Assembly (NCBI GenBank): GCA_964588985.1
Contig: CAZPQW010000030.1
Location: 1 to 35,516 of the forward strand
Length of the DNA: 35,516 nt
Direction: 5' to 3'
From: an uncultured Solirubrobacteraceae bacterium
Lineage (GTDB): Bacteria; Actinomycetota; Thermoleophilia; Solirubrobacterales; Solirubrobacteraceae
Positions 17,368 through 26,825 of the stretch are shown here, one piece after another. A program made the position numbers and the translations under genes. The notes beneath the pieces are model-generated. The model saw only the letters and a program-made list of their open reading frames with translations. It searched no databases and was not told where the DNA came from. Position 1 is the stretch's first letter. Each line of letters starts with the position of its first letter.

Positions 17368-17375
17368 GACAAGCA

Positions 17376-17395
17376 TGTTAGCGGATGCGCTAACA
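17376..17395. promoter_or_regulatory. inverted repeat TGTTAGCG-GATG-CGCTAACA, putative autoregulatory operator of the HTH-NTase operon
   Basis: Perfect 8-bp arms with a 4-nt spacer overlapping the -10 box; flanked by additional ATGAC/GTCAT arms. Confidence 0.7.
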
Positions 17396-17477
17396 GTCAT
17401 CTCTCTCGTGTTCGGCAGTTCGTTGGTGCGGTGTGCGTACGAGTCGCCCACGCCAGGGCGCGGCTAGCATCATCCGC

Positions 17478-18658
17478 ATGCCCCAGAGCCAGAACACGGA
17501 CGTGCTCATCGTCGGTGGCGGCATCGTCGGGCTGGCCGTCGCCTGGCGCGCGAGCCAGCGGGGAATGTCCGTCACTGTGTTCGAGCGCGACGCCACCGGA
17601 CACGGCACATCTCATGTCGCCGCCGGCATGCTCGCGCCCGTCGCCGAGGTCGAGTTCGGCGAGGCCGGCCGCCGGCTGCTGGACCTCGGGCTGCGCTCCG
17701 CGGAGATGTGGACCGGCTTCGCCGCAGAGCTCGAAGCTGCGGCCGAGATAGAAGTCGGACTCACGCGCACCGGCACGATGCTCGTAGCTCGGGACGACGA
17801 CGACGCACGCGAGCTCGAGCGCCAGCTCGCCTTCCGGCACGAGCTCGGATTGGCCGTCGAGCGCCTGCGCCCCAGCGAGGCCCGAGACCGCGAGCCCGCA
17901 CTCGCGCCCACCGTACGCCTCGCGCTCGAAGCGCCCGACGACCACTCGGTCGACCCCCGGCTCGTCATGTATGCGCTGCGCCGCGCATGCGACCAGGCCG
18001 GCGTGGACATCCGGGAGCACTCACCCGTTGCGAGCGTCGAGCTGGACGGCGCGTCCGAGCGCGTCACCGGCGTCACCCTCGCGAGCGGCGAGCGCATCTC
18101 CGCCACGCACGTCGTGCTCGCCGCCGGCCCGTGGACCGGCAGCGTCGACGGGCTGCCGGTCGAGGCCCGCGTCCCGGTCCGTCCCGTCAAGGGCCAGATC
18201 CTGCGCCTGCGCGATCCCGCCGGACCCGGCCTGCTGAGACGAGTCCTGCGCTACGACGGCGGCTACATCGTCCCGCGCGGCGACGGTCGCTACGTCCTCG
18301 GAGCCACCGTCGAGGAGCGCGGCTTCTCCCTGCAGCCCACCGTCGGCCCCATCTACGAGCTGCTGCGCGACGCCCACGAGCTCGTCCCCGGCATCAGCGA
18401 GCTCGACATCGAGGAGCTGTCCGTCGGCCTGCGCCCCGGCACCCCCGACAACGCCCCCGCGATCGGCCCCGGCGCCGTCGACGGTCTCGTCTGGGCCACC
18501 GGCCACTACCGCAACGGCATCCTCCTCGCCCCGCTCACCGCCGATCTCGTCGTGGGGGTGCTCGCCGGTGAGGAGATTCCAGACCACCTCCGTTCCGCGT
18601 GTGCCCCGGAGCGCTTCACGGCCTCGGCACACAGCTCTCCAGCGCACGCGATCCAATA

Positions 18659-18659
<1 letters not shown>
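17478..18659 (+). CDS. thiO: glycine oxidase
   Basis: IVGGGIVG FAD motif, AAGML, PVKGQ, GHYRNGILLAP; precedes thiS-thiG; -10 TAGCAT 7 nt before ATG. Confidence 0.95.
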
Positions 18660-19634
<975 letters not shown>

Positions 19635-19659
19635 GGCCAGGCCCTCGCGCGGGCGTGCG

Positions 19660-20118
19660 TCACTTCACGACTTCGATCGTCCCGTTCATCGACGCCGGGT
19701 GGATCGTGCACGTGTAGTGGATCACCCCGGGCTTCAGCGCCTTGACTTCGAACGTGCCGTTTTCGCCAAAGTCCTTCGATGCGAACTTCTGCGGCGCGCC
19801 CGCTGCACTCGTCACATTGTGTTCCACGGAGTCGAAGTTCGTCCACTTCAGCGTGCTGCCCACCTTGACCTTGATCGTGTCGGGGTCGATCGCGATGTTG
19901 CGGTAGGCGATCTGCACCACACCACTCTGCACCGGCGCAGACGCACTCGGAGAGGCGTATTTGGGCGTCGAGTACGGTTTGATGCCGCTGCTCGAGCTGG
20001 TCGTGGAGGTCGCCGTGCTCGGCGTGGTGGTGCTCGTCGAAGAGCTGCTCGACGAGCCACATCCGGCCACTAGAACCAGCGCGCAGCAGGCGGTCACGGC
20101 GGAGAATCCGCGTCTCAT
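19660..20118 (-). CDS. cupredoxin (plastocyanin/amicyanin-like) lipoprotein
   Basis: Lipobox LVAGC, Ser/Thr linker, type-1 Cu ligands HNV and CTIHPASM. Confidence 0.88.
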   Translation of the reverse strand: MRRGFSAVTACCALVLVAGCGSSSSSSTSTTTPSTATSTTSSSSGIKPYSTPKYASPSASAPVQSGVVQIAYRNIAIDPDTIKVKVGSTLKWTNFDSVEHNVTSAAGAPQKFASKDFGENGTFEVKALKPGVIHYTCTIHPASMNGTIEVVK

Positions 20119-20225
20119 GTCTGGCGATCCTTTCTCTGCAAGTTCACGTATGCGGACCATCGCACACCGTCAGGTTCGCCGTCGTCTCTCCCGCTCCTCG
20201 CCGCACCTCCTACACTCACCGCTTC

Positions 20226-21140
20226 ATGTCACCGCGCCATTTCCTCACCGGAGCCGAGCTCACAACCACAGAGTTGAACGCGCTGCTCGACCGCGCGCTC
20301 GAGCTCAAGCACGCGCCGCTCTCCTCACAGGCGCTCGCCGGCCAGAGCGTCGCGCTGATCTTCCAGAAGCCCTCCACCCGCACGCGCGTGTCCTTCGAGG
20401 TCGGCGTCCACGAGCTCGGCGGGCACCCGGTGGTGCTGCGCAGCGACGAGATGCAGCTCTCGCGCGGGGAGGCGCCCCGCGACACCGCGCTCGTGCTCTC
20501 ACGCCACGTCGCCGCCATCGGACTGCGCACCGGACCCGACGCGGTCCTCGAGGAGCTCGCGGCCCACAGCGCCATCCCGGTCGTCAACATGCTCAGCGCC
20601 CGCCATCACCCCTGCCAGGCGCTCGCCGACCTGCTCACGCTGCGTGAGACCTACGGCGATCTTGACGGTCTGCGCCTCGCCTACGTCGGCGACGGCAACA
20701 ACGTCGCCCGCTCGCTCGCCGTGCTCGGAACGCTCGCCGGAATCAACGTCGCCGTCGCCTCCCCCGCGCGCTACTCGCTCGAGGACGACCTCTCGCTCGC
20801 GCCCGGCGCCACCGGCCTCCTCACGCTGCACGAGGACCCCTACGAGGCGGTCAAGGGCGCCTGTGCTGTCTACACCGACGTGTGGGTCAGCATGGGCGAC
20901 GAGGACGTCGCCGACGAGCGTCGCCGCGCCCTGCACGACTACCGCGTCGACGACGCGCTGCTCGACGCCGCCGCCCCCGGAGCCATCGCCATGCACGACC
21001 TTCCCGCGCACCCCGGCGAGGAGATCACCGCCGAGGTGCTCTACGGCTCGCGCCAGCGCATCTGGGACCAGGCCGAGAACCGCCGCCACGCGCAGAAGGC
21101 GCTGCTCGAGCTGCTCGTAGCTCCGCCGGCGAGCCAATGA
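20226..21140 (+). CDS. argF: ornithine carbamoyltransferase
   Basis: STRT, HPCQ, GDGNNV, DVWVSMG, QAENR motifs; HDLP in place of HCLP. Confidence 0.9.
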   Translation: MSPRHFLTGAELTTTELNALLDRALELKHAPLSSQALAGQSVALIFQKPSTRTRVSFEVGVHELGGHPVVLRSDEMQLSRGEAPRDTALVLSRHVAAIGLRTGPDAVLEELAAHSAIPVVNMLSARHHPCQALADLLTLRETYGDLDGLRLAYVGDGNNVARSLAVLGTLAGINVAVASPARYSLEDDLSLAPGATGLLTLHEDPYEAVKGACAVYTDVWVSMGDEDVADERRRALHDYRVDDALLDAAAPGAIAMHDLPAHPGEEITAEVLYGSRQRIWDQAENRRHAQKALLELLVAPPASQ

Positions 21141-22615
21141 GCGACACGGACACCCACGCGCCCGCCGGCGAGGTCGCGCTCGACGCCTCGCCATCGCCGT
21201 CCCCGCGTCCGCAGCGCGGCGACGAGCTCGAGCTGCGCATCGACTCGCTCGCGTTCGGCGGCGAGGGGGTCGCCCGTCTCGGCGACGGCGGTTACGTCGT
21301 GTTCGTCGCAGGCGCCATCCCCGGCGACCTCGTGCGCGCCGTCGTGCACAAGCGCAAGCGCAGCTACGCCCACGCGCGCACCATAGAGATCCTCGAGCCG
21401 GGACCCGAGCGGATCGCGCCCACAGCCGACCATCCGGGCGTGCCGTGGCAGGTGATCCCTTACGAGCGCCAGCTGCACATCAAGAGCGCGCAGGTTGAGG
21501 AGGCGCTGCGTCGCATCGGCCACCTCGACGGCTTCGAGCTGCAGGAGATAGTGCCCGCGCTGCAACCCTGGCGCTACCGCAACAAGCTCGAGTACTCCTT
21601 CGGGCAGGACGGCGAGGACGGAGAGCTCGAGTGCGGGTTCCACGCGCCCGCGGGCGGCAACAGCGTCACGCCGATCGAGGACTGCCTGCTCGCGTCGGAG
21701 CAGGGCAACCGCGCTCGCCTCGCCGCGCTGCGCTGGTGCCGCGAGCAGGGGCTCACCGCGTGGGACCGCGGCCGGGGACGGGGCGATCAGGGCTCGCGCG
21801 ACGAGCGCATCGGCGCCGCCCCCGACGGACGTGCTCGGCTGCGCAACCTCGTCGTGCGCGAAGGACGCCACACCGGCAAGCTGCAGGTCCGGATCGTCAC
21901 CACCAGCGGCGAGCTCGAGGCCGGAGCGCTCGCCGTCGCGCTCAGCGAGGAGCTCGGCGACAGCCTCTCCGGCGTGCTCTGGACCCGCACCCGCAGCCTC
22001 GCCGAGACCACCATGGGCGGTGAGACCGAGCTCGTGTGGGGCGACGCAGAGCTGCCCGAGCGCCTCGGCGAGCTCGACCTGCGGATCTCCGCCGAGGCGT
22101 TCTTCCAGACCAACACCGAGATGGCCGAGCTGCTCTACGGCATCGTCGTCGAATACGCCGCCCTGGAGGGCTGGGAGCGCGTGTACGACCTCTACTCCGG
22201 GATCGGCACCATCGCGCTCACGCTCGCCCCACGCGCCGGCGAGCTGTGGGGCATCGAGCTGATCGAGCCCGCCGTCGCCGACGCGATCGCCGCCGCCAAG
22301 CGCAACGTCGTCACCAACGCCAGCTTCTTTGCCGGCGACACGCGCCTCGCCCTGCCCGAGCTCGTCACTCGCGCCGGCAAACCCGACGTCATCGTCGTCG
22401 ACCCGCCCCGCGCCGGCCTCTCCAAGAAGGTCGTCCACCGCATCGTCGACGCCGCCCCCAAACGCATCGTCTACGTCTCCTGCAACCCCACCACGCTCGC
22501 CCCCAACGCCGCCGAACTCGTCGAGGCCGGGTGGGTGCTGCGCAAGGTGAAGCCGGTCGACATGTTCCCCCAGACGCACCACATCGAGTGCGTCGCGCTG
22601 TTCGAGCGGCCGTAG
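21137..22615 (+). CDS. rlmD: 23S rRNA m5U methyltransferase (RlmD/TrmA family, TRAM domain)
   Basis: TRAM N-terminus, YRNK, FFQTN, DLYSGIG, DPPRAG, YVSCNP, DMFPQTHHIE motifs. Confidence 0.9.
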   Translation: MSDTDTHAPAGEVALDASPSPSPRPQRGDELELRIDSLAFGGEGVARLGDGGYVVFVAGAIPGDLVRAVVHKRKRSYAHARTIEILEPGPERIAPTADHPGVPWQVIPYERQLHIKSAQVEEALRRIGHLDGFELQEIVPALQPWRYRNKLEYSFGQDGEDGELECGFHAPAGGNSVTPIEDCLLASEQGNRARLAALRWCREQGLTAWDRGRGRGDQGSRDERIGAAPDGRARLRNLVVREGRHTGKLQVRIVTTSGELEAGALAVALSEELGDSLSGVLWTRTRSLAETTMGGETELVWGDAELPERLGELDLRISAEAFFQTNTEMAELLYGIVVEYAALEGWERVYDLYSGIGTIALTLAPRAGELWGIELIEPAVADAIAAAKRNVVTNASFFAGDTRLALPELVTRAGKPDVIVVDPPRAGLSKKVVHRIVDAAPKRIVYVSCNPTTLAPNAAELVEAGWVLRKVKPVDMFPQTHHIECVALFERP

Positions 22616-22645
22616 CGACCGGCGCCGGTCACTAGCCTCGCTGCT

Positions 22646-23701
22646 GTGCACGCTCCCGGATGGTCGATCGCAGCGGCAAGCCACCGCGTGCGCGCTGCGG
22701 CCGGACCGGCGCTGCAGGCATCCGCCGCAGCCGGCGCCGCCTGGTACCTCGCCCACGACGTGGTCGGGCACGCCGACCCCTTCTTCGCGCCCGTCGCCGC
22801 GGCCGTCGCGCTCGGCACCAGCCACATTCAGCGCGCCCGGCGCACGCTTCAGATGGTCGTCGGGGTCCTGCTCGGGATCGGCGTCAGCGAGCTTCTGCAT
22901 CCAGCTGTGGGTGCGGGCCCGATCGGCATCGCGTTCGTGGTCATGGCGGTCGTGGTGCTCGTCGTGGCTGTCAGCGGCGGGTTCGTGGGCGAGGGCATGA
23001 TGTTCTTCAACCAGGCGGCCTCCGCCGCGGTGCTCGTCATCGCCCTGCACCGGACCGGCACCGGCGCCGAGCGCGCCACCGACGCGCTCATCGGCGGTGC
23101 GGTCGCGCTCTTTATCGGCGTCGGCCTGTTCCCCGCCGACCCGCTCAAGCTCCTCGCGCAGGCCGAGCGGCGCGTGCTGCGCTCGCTGCTCGCGATCCTC
23201 GAGCAGTGCCACCGGCTCGCTCCCGGCGTGCACGTCCACGACACCGACGTCGACTGGGAGCTCACCGCCAGCCACGACGTCCACGTCCAGCTCGCCCGCC
23301 TCGCGCTCGCGCGCAGCAGCGCCCGGGTCGCGGTCCGTGTGGCGCCGCGAAGGATACGGCTGCGCGCGACCGTCGATCGTGAGGAGGCGCGTGTGTCGCA
23401 GCTGCACCTGCTGGCCGGCTCCGTGCTGAGCCTCATGCGCACCATCGTCGACGTCAGGGAGTATGGCGAGCCACCCGCCGAGGGCTCAGCGGACGACATC
23501 GATCGGCTCGCGGGCGCGGTGCGCGTCCTGCAAGGCGCAAGCCTGCCGTGGGAGCCAACGGTCGTACAGGACGTCAACGGGAGGCTGGGCCACCTCGCCG
23601 CCGGATCGCTCGTGCGAACGCCCGCCGACGGCGCCGTCGTGCCGCTCGCGGCGAGACGTGTCGCGCGCGACGTGCTGCGCGTGCTTTCCCCGGCCGCCTG
23701 A
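22646..23701 (+). CDS. FUSC/aromatic acid exporter family membrane protein
   Basis: Q..AAAGAAWYLA...HADPFFAPVAA motif, about 5 TM helices, ER..DALIGG. Confidence 0.82.
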   Translation: MHAPGWSIAAASHRVRAAAGPALQASAAAGAAWYLAHDVVGHADPFFAPVAAAVALGTSHIQRARRTLQMVVGVLLGIGVSELLHPAVGAGPIGIAFVVMAVVVLVVAVSGGFVGEGMMFFNQAASAAVLVIALHRTGTGAERATDALIGGAVALFIGVGLFPADPLKLLAQAERRVLRSLLAILEQCHRLAPGVHVHDTDVDWELTASHDVHVQLARLALARSSARVAVRVAPRRIRLRATVDREEARVSQLHLLAGSVLSLMRTIVDVREYGEPPAEGSADDIDRLAGAVRVLQGASLPWEPTVVQDVNGRLGHLAAGSLVRTPADGAVVPLAARRVARDVLRVLSPAA

Positions 23702-23718
23702 CGGGTAGTCTGCGGCTG

Positions 23719-24660
23719 ATGCGCGCCGTCACCATCCGCGACAAGGAGATCGTGATCGAGGAGCACTCCGATCCCGTGCCCGGCGCCGGCGAGGTGCTCG
23801 TGCGGGTTCACGCCGCGGGTCTCAACGGGGCCGACATGATGCAGCGCCGCGGGCTCTACCCAGCGCCTCCCGGATCGCCGCAGGACATACCCGGGCTGGA
23901 GCTCGCCGGAGAGGTCGCGGCGCTCGGCGACGGCGCCACTCGCTTCGAGGTCGGCGAGCGCGTGATGGCGGTCGTCGGAGGCGGCGCGCAGGCGGAGCTC
24001 GCGGTCGTGCACGAGCGCCAGCTGATGCCCGTTCCCGACACGCTCGACTGGACAGCCGCGGGCGGGCTTCCCGAGGTCTTCACCACCGCCCACGACGCGG
24101 TGTTCGTGCAGGCGGGGCTACGCACGGGCGAGCGGCTGCTCGTGCACGGCGGCGCCGGTGGCGTCGGCACCGCCGCGATCCAGCTCGGCCGTGCAGCCGG
24201 CGCCAGGATCACCGCCACCGTGCGCAGCGAGGGCTCGCGCGAGCAGGTGGCCGCGCTCGGAGCGAACGTGATCGCGCCCGAGGGCTTCGCCGAGCATGGC
24301 CCGTTCGACGTGATCCTCGAGCTTGTCGGCGCCCCGAACCTGGCTGAGAACCTGCAGGCGCTCGCCACCGGCGGGCGCATAACCGTGATCGGCGTCGCCG
24401 CCGGCGCCAAGGCCGAGCTCAACCTGCTCGCGCTGATGGGCAAGCGCGCCCGCATCCACGGCTCCACGCTGCGCGCGCGCCCGCTCGAGGAGAAAGCCGT
24501 ATCGGCGCGCCTGCTCGAGCACGAGGTGCTGCCGCTGTTCGACACGGGCGCGCTGCGCGTGCCGATCGCCGAGACCTTCCCGCTCGAGGAAGCGGCCGCG
24601 GCCTACGAGCGCTTCGCCGCCGGCGGCAAGCTCGGGAAGATCGTGCTGCTCGCTCAGTAA
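23719..24660 (+). CDS. NADPH:quinone oxidoreductase (zeta-crystallin/PIG3-like MDR)
   Basis: AAGLNGAD..QRRGLYP, PGLELAG, LVHGGAGGVG, GSTLRAR, GKIVL motifs. Confidence 0.9.
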   Translation: MRAVTIRDKEIVIEEHSDPVPGAGEVLVRVHAAGLNGADMMQRRGLYPAPPGSPQDIPGLELAGEVAALGDGATRFEVGERVMAVVGGGAQAELAVVHERQLMPVPDTLDWTAAGGLPEVFTTAHDAVFVQAGLRTGERLLVHGGAGGVGTAAIQLGRAAGARITATVRSEGSREQVAALGANVIAPEGFAEHGPFDVILELVGAPNLAENLQALATGGRITVIGVAAGAKAELNLLALMGKRARIHGSTLRARPLEEKAVSARLLEHEVLPLFDTGALRVPIAETFPLEEAAAAYERFAAGGKLGKIVLLAQ

Positions 24661-25253
24661 GGCGGCTGCGCCGCGTACCAGTCGCCGAGCACGCGGAACG
24701 CGGCCCAGAAGTCGCGCTTGGCGTCCTGCTCGTCGAGCGACTCGTCGATGTTCGGGACGTACAGCGCGTCGAGCATCGGGGTCAGCTGCTGGACCTCCCC
24801 GAGCTTGGGCTGCAGCGGACGCGCGAGCGGGATGTCCATCTCGCCGAGCGCCGCGAGCGCCTCGGAGCCCATCACCACCACGATCTTCGGCTGCACGATC
24901 GCGAGCTCTTCCACCACGCGCGACACGCACGCGAAGTCGGCCAGCGACGAGTCGCTCAGCGGGCACTTCACGCACAACGTGCCGTATACCGCCAGCGGAT
25001 CGATCGACAGGCGCTTGAGTGACTTCATCAGCGCGCCGCCCGCCCGACCGTAGAACGCCACGCCCTCCTCGATCTCCGACGGCAGTGGCGCGTGCTTCAG
25101 CAGCATGATGTCCGCCTGCGGATGACCCGAGCCGAGCACCGGCATCAGGTTGCCGCGCGGGCAGTGCGGGCATGACTGCAGCTCGCGCGTGAGCGTGTTC
25201 AGCTCGCGGATTGCGCGCTCCAAATACTTCTCGCGGATCTCGTCATCGGTCAC
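24654..25253 (-). CDS. uracil-DNA glycosylase family-4-like protein with degenerate active-site motifs
   Basis: CPHC, CVKC and a further Cys as Fe-S-type ligands; E..G..F.GRAG; EELAIVQPKIVVVMG. Start at 25253 or 25259. Confidence 0.75.
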   Translation of the reverse strand: MTDDEIREKYLERAIRELNTLTRELQSCPHCPRGNLMPVLGSGHPQADIMLLKHAPLPSEIEEGVAFYGRAGGALMKSLKRLSIDPLAVYGTLCVKCPLSDSSLADFACVSRVVEELAIVQPKIVVVMGSEALAALGEMDIPLARPLQPKLGEVQQLTPMLDALYVPNIDESLDEQDAKRDFWAAFRVLGDWYAAQPPY

Positions 25254-25332
25254 AGGCATCGACCCCGACAGATTTGACGGCAGGCCCTCTTGTCCTTGAC
25301 CGTGCATCAGTCCTTGCGCCGGAGGCCGGCCT

Positions 25333-26778
25333 CTAGCGCCGCCCGCCGCCGCCGTGAGCGCGTCCGAGGCGCTTCAAACGCCGCGCCTTGCTGGCGCGAC
25401 GGGCGGAGGAGGGAGTCGCTCTGGTCTGCAGGAACTTGAGCGCCTGCACGTACAGAAGCGAGGAGGGGCGGGTCACGATCTCGGCGTCGCGCAGCGACTG
25501 CTTGAACTCTGCCGGCCCGTCGAAGTCGCGCATCCGGATCCGCACCGAGCCGAGCCCCTGCGCCACGTGCGAGTCCGATCCGGCGCCGGCCACGATGCGG
25601 TACTTCGCCGCGAAGCGGGCCGCCTCGTCGTTGAACGCTCCGATCGCCACGCGCGGGTTGAACACCTCGATCGCGTCCACGTCCTCGATGATCTTCAGCA
25701 GGTGCTCGTAGTCGGGCACGGAGTGCATCCGGTCGAACGGGTGCGGCACGTACACCAGGCCGCCCTGGCGCTTGATCTCCGCGACCGTCTCCTCGAGGCT
25801 CAGCCCGCGCGGGATCTTCTCGCGGATGAACAGCCCGATCACCTCGCCCTGCCCGGCGGTCTTCACCTCCTCCGCCACGATCACTTTCAGGGGCGCGTGG
25901 GGACCGGGCCTGGCCGCCTGCCGCTCCGCCTCGAGCGCTCCCGAGATCTCGTTGTGGTCGGTCACCGCGATCGCCCCCAGCCCCTGCTCGCGGGCGCTCG
26001 CCAGCAGCACCTCCACGGGCGTCGCGCAGTCGTGGGAGTGGTCGGTGTGCATGTGCAGGTCCACGTCGATCAACGGCCTGCCTGCCAGACGCTGTGAGAG
26101 CTGCGCGTCGCCGTCGAGCGAGTGCCTGCGCGCGGCCAGGCCGCGGTAGATCTCCTCCAGCGCGTCGGCTGCGCCCGCGTCGTCGCCCACCAGCCGGTAG
26201 TCCGCCGGGAAATGGCGCTCCATCAGCTCCGCGGTCGCCGGCAGGCTCGCCGTGCGCGCGTCCAGGCGCCCGAAGAAGCTCTCGACGAAGCGGCGCGCCA
26301 CAAGCGTCGAGAGCAGGCGCTCGGTCGACGCGTGAAACGAGCCCACGTTCAGCGCGCGCGAGTGGCGCAGCGCCGCGTTCGATGTGCTCGGCGCGAACGG
26401 CTCGTGCACGTGCACGAAGTCCAGCTCGATCGTGCCAAGCAGTTCCTCTACCGTGCGCGCCACGTCGATCGCGAGCGCCGGCGGGCGTCGCCGCGCTCCG
26501 CCGGGAAGATCGAGCACCTCGCCCACCGCGATCACCCGCGGGATGCCGTCGTCGGTGCCCTCGAGCAGGGACGAGGCCCCGCCCTCGCTCGCGCGCGCCG
26601 CGCGTAGCGCCTTGCGCGAGTCGCGCACCCGCTCCAGCGAGCGCGACGGCGCGAGCACCAGCACGCGGTGTCCCCGCCGCGAGAGCTCGCATGCGACTCG
26701 CGCCACGTGCGCGTTGACCTCGTTCTCGGCCTCCCACGGATACGGCGTCACGTGGGCTATCGAGAACGAGGTGCTCAT
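25333..26778 (-). CDS. fusion of a PimA-like GT4 N-terminal domain and a PHP phosphoesterase domain
   Basis: N-terminus IAHVTPY...GHRVLVLAP...DFVHVHEPFAP...VGSFH; C-terminus DLHMHT, TDHN, AEEV, PHPFD, AGSDSH. Confidence 0.85.
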   Translation of the reverse strand: MSTSFSIAHVTPYPWEAENEVNAHVARVACELSRRGHRVLVLAPSRSLERVRDSRKALRAARASEGGASSLLEGTDDGIPRVIAVGEVLDLPGGARRRPPALAIDVARTVEELLGTIELDFVHVHEPFAPSTSNAALRHSRALNVGSFHASTERLLSTLVARRFVESFFGRLDARTASLPATAELMERHFPADYRLVGDDAGAADALEEIYRGLAARRHSLDGDAQLSQRLAGRPLIDVDLHMHTDHSHDCATPVEVLLASAREQGLGAIAVTDHNEISGALEAERQAARPGPHAPLKVIVAEEVKTAGQGEVIGLFIREKIPRGLSLEETVAEIKRQGGLVYVPHPFDRMHSVPDYEHLLKIIEDVDAIEVFNPRVAIGAFNDEAARFAAKYRIVAGAGSDSHVAQGLGSVRIRMRDFDGPAEFKQSLRDAEIVTRPSSLLYVQALKFLQTRATPSSARRASKARRLKRLGRAHGGGGRR

Positions 26779-26825
26779 CGCTTCGATGATTATCGCGCCC
26801 GCCGCAAGTGCGGCACGGGCGGGGA

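Noticed and set aside
17368-17477. Possible TPP riboswitch between the divergent thiamine genes
   Set aside because: No CUGAGA or other TPP aptamer core was seen, and thiO appears leaderless.
19985-20060. Repetitive sequence in the cupredoxin gene
   Set aside because: It encodes an ordinary Ser/Thr lipoprotein linker; not a DNA repeat element.
21041-23407. 788-aa minus-strand ORF, and similar long antisense or alternate-frame ORFs (e.g. 10623-11969, 22849-24093, 25307-26737, 29717-31171)
   Set aside because: Shadow ORFs of well-supported genes in high-GC DNA; low-complexity Arg/Ala/Gly-rich translations with no motifs.
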